Source: Planctomycetota bacterium (lineage in GTDB: Bacteria > Planctomycetota > JACOTG01). From it: a stretch of DNA of 42,025 nt. How positions within the stretch are numbered: the stretch's first letter is position 1; each line of letters opens with the position of its first letter. The stretch lies in the NCBI GenBank assembly GCA_016178505.1, contig JACOTG010000272.1:1-42025 (forward strand). The letters run 5' to 3'. The position numbers and the translations under genes are program-made. The notes under the pieces are model-generated. The model saw only the letters and a list, made by a program, of their open reading frames with translations. It did not search any database and was not told the origin of the DNA. This document shows positions 36,302-42,025 of the stretch, piece after piece.

Positions 36302-37738
36302 ATGAACGTGCGCCCGCTCGCGATCGCGATCGTCGCCGCCATCCCTGCGCTCGCACACGCGGGCGGCGGCACCATCCGCGGCACGGTGTACACGGAAGAG
36401 GCTCAGCCCGGGCCCGGCTATCTCGTGCTGCTGCTCCACGACGGGGGCGGGGACAGGCAAGCGATGACGGATGATCGCGGCAACTACGAGTTCACGGACG
36501 TTGCTGCTGGCGACGGATACGTCGCCGTAGTCGGCGGTCACATTCCGCTGCGATTCGATGGCCCCTCCGTCTCCGTTGCCGACGGTCAAGTTGTCGTCGC
36601 CGACATCGGACCAAAGCCCGCTTCGAAAGGCGAAGGATGTTCGTTCGGCGGTAAGATCCTGACGGAAGCAGTCGGCGAGTTGGCTTCGTTCGACAAACTG
36701 TTTCTCGTTCCATTGGATGGAGCCGGTGGTTTTTGCTGCCGCATGGCCCGCATCCGGGAGGACCGACGCTTCGGATTCGCCGACGTTCCGCCAGGCAACT
36801 ACTCCGCCGTCCTGCGGTCGGCCAATGGCGGCTTCGTACGACATGTCGAGATCCCGAGGAAGCCTGAGTACATCTGCGAACTCGGTCCGGTAGGCGATTC
36901 GATATCCGGAGTGATTCGCGACGCGAAAACCACGAACTCAATGAAGTCCGTTCAGGTGCTCGTCTGGGACTTCGCCGGTTCCCTGCCGAGCGCGACCGCA
37001 GCCTTCGAAGCGACGGGCCGGTCGACAGAGACCGACGTCGAGGGACGTTACAGGATCAATGGACTTCATGCAGGGAAGTACCTTGTAGAAGTGGGAACCA
37101 CGGAACCCGGAAACGGCGACGAGGCGGTGTCCCACACGCGCGAGACGGCGCTGGTCTCGGTAGTCGACGGCAAGGGCACGACCGCGGATTTCGCCCTCGG
37201 TCCGGCTGTTTCGATGGACGTGGTGGCGCGAACGACCGGAGGTTCGCGAGTCCCGGGCCCGTCGGTGCGCGTGGACGACTGGCCGTCGGAATCACCGCTC
37301 GATGACTACACGATCGATCGGCGCAAGCTGCGCGTCGGCGGCTTGAAGGCCGGTGAGCACGTGGTGACGGTGAGCCATCCATGGTTTGCCGCGGTGCGGA
37401 GACGAGTGCGCGTCGGCGAGATGGGTGGGCATGAGGAATTCGTGCTCATGCCCGGCGGCTCGCTTACCGTCACGGTCGTCGACCGCGCGGGCAAGGCGGT
37501 TGATGGCGCGTCCATCGAGATCGTCGACAAGAGCGGCGAGCGCGTTTCGACCGATCGCGGCACTTGGGACCGAATCGTTCCGCCGCAGACCGCGACGATC
37601 GCGGGGCGCTTCCGCGTCGCGCACATCGCCGCGGGCACTTACACCGTCCGCGCGACGAAGGCGAGTGCCGGCACCGGCTCGGCCGCGGTGACGGTGATCG
37701 AACGCGGCGACGCGACCGTCCGCATCGCGTTCCAATAG
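36302..37738 (+). CDS. Secreted protein with carboxypeptidase-regulatory-like (CarboxypepD_reg / transthyretin-like) beta-sandwich repeats
   Basis: Signal peptide MNVRPLAIAIVAAIPALAHA. Repeated modules of the form G.V......P..gy.V.l.......tDd.G.Y.f..v..G.Y are present (for example GTVYTEEAQPGPGYLVLLL..TDDRGNYEFTDVAAGDGYV, and GVIRDAKTTNSMKSVQVLVWD..DVEGRYRINGLHAGKYLV). The gene starts 24 nt after the CTD-E gene. Confidence 0.6.
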   Translation: MNVRPLAIAIVAAIPALAHAGGGTIRGTVYTEEAQPGPGYLVLLLHDGGGDRQAMTDDRGNYEFTDVAAGDGYVAVVGGHIPLRFDGPSVSVADGQVVVADIGPKPASKGEGCSFGGKILTEAVGELASFDKLFLVPLDGAGGFCCRMARIREDRRFGFADVPPGNYSAVLRSANGGFVRHVEIPRKPEYICELGPVGDSISGVIRDAKTTNSMKSVQVLVWDFAGSLPSATAAFEATGRSTETDVEGRYRINGLHAGKYLVEVGTTEPGNGDEAVSHTRETALVSVVDGKGTTADFALGPAVSMDVVARTTGGSRVPGPSVRVDDWPSESPLDDYTIDRRKLRVGGLKAGEHVVTVSHPWFAAVRRRVRVGEMGGHEEFVLMPGGSLTVTVVDRAGKAVDGASIEIVDKSGERVSTDRGTWDRIVPPQTATIAGRFRVAHIAAGTYTVRATKASAGTGSAAVTVIERGDATVRIAFQ

Positions 37739-37936
37739 CGGCTCGCCGCCGCCGAACGCGGCTCCATTCGATCCGGCTGTTCCGGCCGCCTTCGGTTATC
37801 TTGCCCTCGGCTCGAGGCGCGACGGTGCTTCGAGCCGAGCGCCTCGCTGCGTCGCCCCACGAGATGGTCTCGCGGATGTGCACCGCTGATTTCGAGCGAG
37901 GCGAGAAACGCCACGCCATTCGAGGAGTGCCATCGC

Positions 37937-39493
37937 ATGAAGGCTTGGACCCTGCTGTCGTCGATCGTCATCGCGTCGCTCATCTGTGCGACGTTGGTTG
38001 CGCAAACTGAAACGCCGCCGGTCGACGCGGCGAAGAAGAAGCCCGAGCCCGAAGTCGAGGCGAAGCCGGCCGCGTCGCAGACGACGCATCAGATCACGAT
38101 CGACTGCAAGGTGCTGAGCTACACCGCGACCGCGGCCTGGCTCATCATGAAGGACGACAAGGACAAGCCGATCGCGCGCTTCGGCTACACCGCGTACACG
38201 AAGAACGGCGTCGACGACGTCCGCCGGCGCCCCGTGACGTTCGCGTTCAACGGCGGTCCGGGATCGTCGTCGATCTGGTTGCACATGGGCATCCTCGGCC
38301 CGCGGCGCGTGGTCGTGACCGACGCCGGCTACACGCCGCCGCCGCCGTCGCAGTGCGTCGACAACGCGTACACGCCGCTGGACGTCACCGACGTCGTGAT
38401 GATCGATCCCGTCGGCACGGGATTCAGCAAGCCGCTCGGCGAAGCGAAGGGCGCGGACTTCTGGGGCGTCGATCAGGACATCAAGTCCGTCGGCGCGTTC
38501 ATCAAGCGCTACGTCACGGAAAACGGCCGCTGGGCGTCGCCGAAGTACATCCTCGGTGAGAGCTACGGCGGCGTTCGTTCGGCGGGACTCGTCCAGTATC
38601 TGCAATCCGCGCACGGCATGAACTTCAACGGCGTCGTTCTCGTGTCGCCGTTCCTGAGCATGTTCTCGGGGATCGACGGCGTCGCGCTCGATCTGCCGCA
38701 CGTGCTCTACCTGCCGACGTTTGCCGCGACCGCGTGGTACCACGGCGCGCTCGCCGACAAGCCCGCGTCGCTCGAGGCCTACGTCGCCGAGGTCGAACGC
38801 TTCGCCACCGACGAGTACGCGCCCGCTCTGATGAAGGGCTACACCATTCCCGCGGCCGAGAAGAAGGCCATCGCGGCGAAGCTCGGCAAGTACACCGGCA
38901 CGAGCGCCGACTACTGGGAGAAGGCCGACCTCCGCGTCAGCCATCCGCAGTTCCTGCAAGAGCTGAAGCGAAGCCAGCGGCTGATCGCCGGCCGCATCGA
39001 CTCGCGCTTCATCGGCCCGTCGCTGAACGCGCACAGCGACAAGATGGACTACGATCCGTTCTTCCCCTCGATCGGGCCCGCGTACACCGCGGCATTCCTC
39101 GACTACCTGCACTCGGAGCTGAAGTTCGGCAACGACGAGGAGTACAAGGTGTCCGCGTTCGACGTGAAGTGGGACTGGCACCACAAGCAGCCCGGCCTGA
39201 GCGAGGAAGACGGTCGCGACATGGCCATGACGAACACGGTGCCCGACCTCGCAATGGCGATGAAGATGAACCCCAGCCTGAACGTGCTCGTCCAGCAAGG
39301 CCGCTTCGATCTCGCGACGCCGCAATTCGCGATGCAGCACGACCTCGATCACCTCGACATCCCGCCCGAGGCGAGACAGCGCATTCGCATCCAGTACTAT
39401 GAGGCCGGGCACATGATGTATGTGAACGAGCCGTCGGCAATGGTCTTCCGCGAGAGCCTCGTGAAGTTCATCGGTGACACGGACCGACTGTGA
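37937..39493 (+). CDS. Secreted serine carboxypeptidase, peptidase family S10
   Basis: Signal peptide MKAWTLLSSIVIASLICATLVA. The S10 hallmarks are NGGPGSSS and the catalytic-serine motif GESYGG, and the spacing matches S10 carboxypeptidases. Confidence 0.85.
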   Translation: MKAWTLLSSIVIASLICATLVAQTETPPVDAAKKKPEPEVEAKPAASQTTHQITIDCKVLSYTATAAWLIMKDDKDKPIARFGYTAYTKNGVDDVRRRPVTFAFNGGPGSSSIWLHMGILGPRRVVVTDAGYTPPPPSQCVDNAYTPLDVTDVVMIDPVGTGFSKPLGEAKGADFWGVDQDIKSVGAFIKRYVTENGRWASPKYILGESYGGVRSAGLVQYLQSAHGMNFNGVVLVSPFLSMFSGIDGVALDLPHVLYLPTFAATAWYHGALADKPASLEAYVAEVERFATDEYAPALMKGYTIPAAEKKAIAAKLGKYTGTSADYWEKADLRVSHPQFLQELKRSQRLIAGRIDSRFIGPSLNAHSDKMDYDPFFPSIGPAYTAAFLDYLHSELKFGNDEEYKVSAFDVKWDWHHKQPGLSEEDGRDMAMTNTVPDLAMAMKMNPSLNVLVQQGRFDLATPQFAMQHDLDHLDIPPEARQRIRIQYYEAGHMMYVNEPSAMVFRESLVKFIGDTDRL

Positions 39494-39605
39494 GCAAATC
39501 CACGAGATCGTGTGCACGCGCGCGGCGAACCCAGTGAACGCAACCGAGACTGCACATGGTCGGCGACGTGCCGATCTAGCGACGATCCTCGATGTGTTGA
39601 CGGAG
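39494..39605. repeat. Direct repeat unit A (sequence immediately 3' of the S10 gene), duplicated at about 40821..40935
   Basis: ..CCACGAGATCGTGTGCACGCGCGCGGCGAACCCAGTGAACGCAACCGAG..GGCGACGTGCCGATC..CGATGTGTTGACGGAGT aligns with ..CCACGAGATCGTGTACAAGCGCGTGGCGAACGCCGTGAACGCAGCGGAG..GGCGACGTACCAAG..CGATGTGATGGCCGAGT. Confidence 0.6.
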
Positions 39606-39807
39606 TTCGGACTGCTCACTAGAACCCGAGGTGACCAGGCTCATCCGCCCGAGAAACCAGAAAGCAATTCGTGTTCGCTACAGAGGAAGCAAGTGATCGG
39701 CGATCGTGCCGAGTAATCCGTGGCGATCGGCAAGGCAGGACGCCGGCTTCAGAAAAGGGGAGTGCTTCGTGGCGCGATCGCGAGGCGGGGATCACACGGG
39801 GAAAACG

Positions 39808-40095
39808 CTAGCGGTAGGTGTCCTCGCGACGTAAGCCGCAGTACGAAACGACGACGTCACGGCCGTAGATGTCGTAGCGAAAACGGAAACGGCCGAGCGC
39901 GAGGCGCCATTGCCCCTCGCCTCGAGGAACGTTCGTGAGCTTCTTCACGTGGTGCACGCCGGATCGGTTCACGGGATCGGTGCCAAGGATGAGACGGGCG
40001 TTCGCCTGAAGGGCGGCGAACTCGGGGTGAGCCTTGACGAGCGCCCGTGCGAGGCGTTCGTAGCGTGGCGATGTACGGACAACGAAAAGGGTCAT
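39808..40095 (-). CDS. relE: RelE/ParE family type II toxin
   Basis: MTLFVVRTSPRYERLARALVKAHPEFAALQANARLILGTDPVNRSGVHHVKKLTNVPRGEGQWRLALGRFRFRYDIYGRDVVVSYCGLRREDTYR has the RelE/ParE signature (..L.g...g.wrlRiG.yRi.Y.i....v.v..v.hR.d.Y). Its start overlaps the antitoxin stop (ATGA). The remainder of ORF 39808..40620 is non-coding. Confidence 0.75.
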   Translation of the reverse strand: MTLFVVRTSPRYERLARALVKAHPEFAALQANARLILGTDPVNRSGVHHVKKLTNVPRGEGQWRLALGRFRFRYDIYGRDVVVSYCGLRREDTYR

Positions 40096-40406
40096 GCGCC
40101 TGCGCGACGCTTGGCCTTCTTGGTTTCTCCGCGCAACTCCCTCAAGAACTCGTCCATTGGCCGGCTCTTGCCGGCGCGGTATTCGGCGTTGCTCTTCTTG
40201 ATGTCGGCGCGGACCTTCGGGTCTTGAAGCTCGAGGTAGTCCTCGAACTCGTTGATGTCCATGAGGCCGACAACGGGGATGCCGTCCTTTTCGAGGATGA
40301 CGTATTCCTTGCCGAGATGCACGCGGCGCACAAGGGCGCCGAGGTTGATGCGGGCTTTGGTGAGGGGGAGTCGGTGAATCATGGGTTTGGTGGCCTTGCG
40401 AACCAT
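40092..40406 (-). CDS. phd: Phd/YefM family type II antitoxin
   Basis: ..YVILEKDGIPVVGLMDINEFEDYLELQDPKVRADIKKSNAEY.. is the Phd/YefM core. A strong RBS, GGAGGT, lies 8 nt upstream of the ATG at 40406. The gene sits upstream of and is coupled to the relE-like gene. Confidence 0.75.
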   Translation of the reverse strand: MVRKATKPMIHRLPLTKARINLGALVRRVHLGKEYVILEKDGIPVVGLMDINEFEDYLELQDPKVRADIKKSNAEYRAGKSRPMDEFLRELRGETKKAKRRAGA

Positions 40407-40424
40407 TCTCTACCTCCAGTCGAC

Positions 40425-40480
40425 GAGGGTGAGCGTGTCTAATTGAACAACATTGATCAACGTTAAGTATAGTCGAAGCG
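40425..40480 (-). promoter_or_regulatory. AT-rich promoter/operator region of the phd-relE operon, containing repeated TTGA(A/T)CAA half-sites and an AACGTT palindrome
   Basis: The plus-strand sequence TCTAATTGAACAACATTGATCAACGTTAAGTATAGTCGAAGC forms a sharply AT-rich island in roughly 70% GC DNA directly upstream of the antitoxin gene. Direct and inverted TTGAACAA / TTGATCAA repeats are typical of autoregulated TA operators. Confidence 0.4.
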
Positions 40481-40589
40481 TGGCGTTCCGTCAAGGCGGG
40501 CGTTCCCACCGCAGCCGGGTGGAGGTGGGGGTGGTGGGTTACCGCTTCCATCCCCCTGACCCGAACCGTGAAGCCCCGTTCCTTCCTGA

Positions 40590-40707
40590 AGTAGAGGCGG
40601 GGCGATTCCGCTTCCAGCATTGGCAGAACGTCGGCGCCGGCGCCGGCGCCGAAGTCGCGCTGCGTCTCGAGGCGTGGAAGTTCATCAGCGAGACGGACAG
40701 ACTGTGA
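40590..40707 (+). pseudogene. Degenerate duplicate of the 3' end of the S10 carboxypeptidase gene (encodes ..RFRFQHWQNVGAGAGAEVALRLEAWKFISETDRL*, compare ..RIRIQYYEAGHMMYVNEPSAMVFRESLVKFIGDTDRL*)
   Basis: Similarity runs at both protein and DNA level (GTGAAGTTCATCGGTGACACGGACCGACTGTGA versus TGGAAGTTCATCAGCGAGACGGACAGACTGTGA). About 115 bp downstream lies the duplicated post-gene segment at 40821..40935. Confidence 0.55.
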
Positions 40708-40820
40708 GCGATTCGGGATTGCAGGCGCTTGCGTGTTGGGGCGTTCCGTCTAGCACGAGCGTGAGCGGGTGGTTCGTTGCGGTCGTCCCGTCGCTGGACG
40801 CGACGTAGACTCGCGTCGGC

Positions 40821-40935
40821 CGAAGGCGATCCCACGAGATCGTGTACAAGCGCGTGGCGAACGCCGTGAACGCAGCGGAGGCCGGATGTGATCGGCGACG
40901 TACCAAGGGCGCGGCGATCGTCGATGTGATGGCCG
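40821..40935. repeat. Direct repeat unit B (copy of the sequence downstream of the S10 gene)
   Basis: See repeat unit A; it is about 75-80% identical over roughly 110 bp. Confidence 0.6.
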
Positions 40936-41120
40936 AGTGCCTACGGATCACCAAGACCCATGCCGACCACCGCCGACGCCCGGCGAAACCGAAATCCTCA
41001 TCGTGATCACTGCGCGGAGCCGATACTCTGCGGCGCGGGAACCGGTCGTCGGCGGTTGCGGATCTTGGGTCCCGACGAGGGTTCCAGGCGCCCGCTCTTT
41101 TCACCCTTTCGAGAGCCAGC

Positions 41121-41998
41121 GTGGATTTCAACGCTCCGATGGTCATCGCCTTTGGGCTTGGCGTGGGCATCCTCGTCGGCATGACCGGGATCGGAGGTGG
41201 CGCGCTGATGACGCCCTTGCTCGTCCTCTTCGTCGGCACCCCGCCGGTGACGGCCGTCGGCACCGATCTCGCGTACGGCGCGGTGACCAAGACGGTCGGC
41301 GGCATCAAGCACTGGCGGCAGAACACGATCGACCTCCCGCTTTCGAGTTGGATGGCGCTCGGCTCGGTGCCGGCCGCGATCTCGAGACGTTCATGCTCTA
41401 CCTGCTCGCTTCTGCGATCGCGTTCACCGGAGCGGTCACCCTGATCCGCGCGATTTTCCTCAAGCAACTGATCGCCCGCGAACGCGACCGGGTGCCGATG
41501 CAGGCGAGGCACAAGATCGCGGCCGTGGTCCTCGGGTTGTCGGTGGGCTTCGTGCTGGGAATCACCTCCGCCGGCAGCGGCTCGCTGATCGCGCTCGGCC
41601 TGATCATGATCTTCCGGCTTTCCCCGCACCGAGTGGTCGGCACCGACATCTTCCACGCGGCGATCCTGCTGTGGGCGGCCGCCATCGCCCACGTCGTTGC
41701 GGGCAACGTGGACTACGCTCTCGCGGGCACCATCCTCATCGGTTCGGTGCCCGGGGTCTGGCTGGGCAGTCACCTTTCCGTTCGTCTTCCGGCCGGCACG
41801 CTTCGAACCGTGCTGGGTGTGGTGCTGATCGGAGCCGCGATGGGGCTCGGCTCGAAAGCCGGGTTGCCCATCCCGCCGTACGCGATCGCCGCGGTGCCCT
41901 GTCTCCTCGCCGCGATCGTACTCTGGGATCGCTTTCGACATCCCGTCTCTCGCGCGGTCGCCGATACCGAGGCCAAGGAGCCTCGGACCGTCAAGTAG
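41121..41998 (+). CDS. TauE/SafE (DUF81) family anion exporter with an apparent frameshift or small deletion near 41375-41390
   Basis: The N-terminal part is in frame with ORF 41121..41444 (MDFNAPMVIAFGLGVGILVGMTGIGGGALMTPLLVLFVG..). The continuation is in the frame of ORF 40937..41998 (..FMLYLLASAIAFTGAVTLIRAIFL.. IALGLIMIFRL.. GSVPGVWLGSHLSVRL..). Both halves show the Gly-rich TM helices typical of TauE/SafE. Confidence 0.55.
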
Positions 41999-42025
41999 TG
42001 AGATGGATGGCCTGACATCCCGGTC

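Noticed and set aside
37796-39619. 607-aa minus-strand ORF across the S10 peptidase gene
   Set aside because: It is antisense to a gene with canonical GGPGSSS and GESYGG motifs, and its composition is not protein-like.
1-42025. CRISPR arrays, rRNA, integrase or transposase genes
   Set aside because: There is no regularly spaced short direct repeat array, no rRNA-like conserved stretch, and no ORF with recombinase or transposase motifs. Mobile-element evidence is limited to the small TIR repeats and the duplication around the TA cassette.

Overview
The window is a 42 kb, high-GC (about 68-70% by eye) bacterial chromosomal segment with strong GC3 bias. Gene content suggests an Acidobacteria- or Gemmatimonadetes-like soil bacterium; this is inference from a Ser/Thr kinase with the DEACGGD-LELRAE juxtamembrane motif, a tricorn protease and many secreted beta-propeller proteins. 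The long Arg-rich ORFs in the track are mostly antisense shadows. I support about 30 genes. The housekeeping set includes a DASS/SLC13 transporter translationally coupled to an AlkA-like glycosylase, a sigma-54 NtrC-type response regulator divergent from a flotillin gene, a Rieske protein, a SASA esterase, a tricorn protease, an S10 carboxypeptidase and a TauE/SafE transporter. There are two type II toxin-antitoxin pairs, hicB-hicA and phd-relE/parE. The main finding is a family of five secreted multidomain proteins with different N-terminal modules (two PPC domains, TolB/PD40 propellers, an IPT/TIG domain, long Kelch-like repeat arrays). All five end in the same conserved C-terminal domain of roughly 140 aa. 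Four of them carry a Cys-x-NPTP-x-PQPF-Cys core, and all end in G(Y/F)SVTN(A/G)(V/I)(I/L)L(K/R)(I/V)x. This domain does not match PEP-CTERM, LPXTG or canonical T9SS tails. I read it as a candidate undescribed cargo-tag or surface-anchoring domain. The region also looks to be in flux. It holds two copies of an approximately 118 bp element with terminal inverted repeats. The phd-relE cassette sits between diverged direct duplicates of the S10 gene 3' end. Several genes are frameshifted or truncated: a DUF4276 fragment, a SAM-methyltransferase N-terminal remnant, the TauE gene, and a hypothetical gene at 4672-5120. Coordinates of non-CDS features are approximate (within about 2 nt). My manual position counts and the ORF-track translations conflict at one point, where the displayed text and the translations differ by one base at the 7680/7681 line break and compensate at 7740/7741; the ORF track was used as authoritative.
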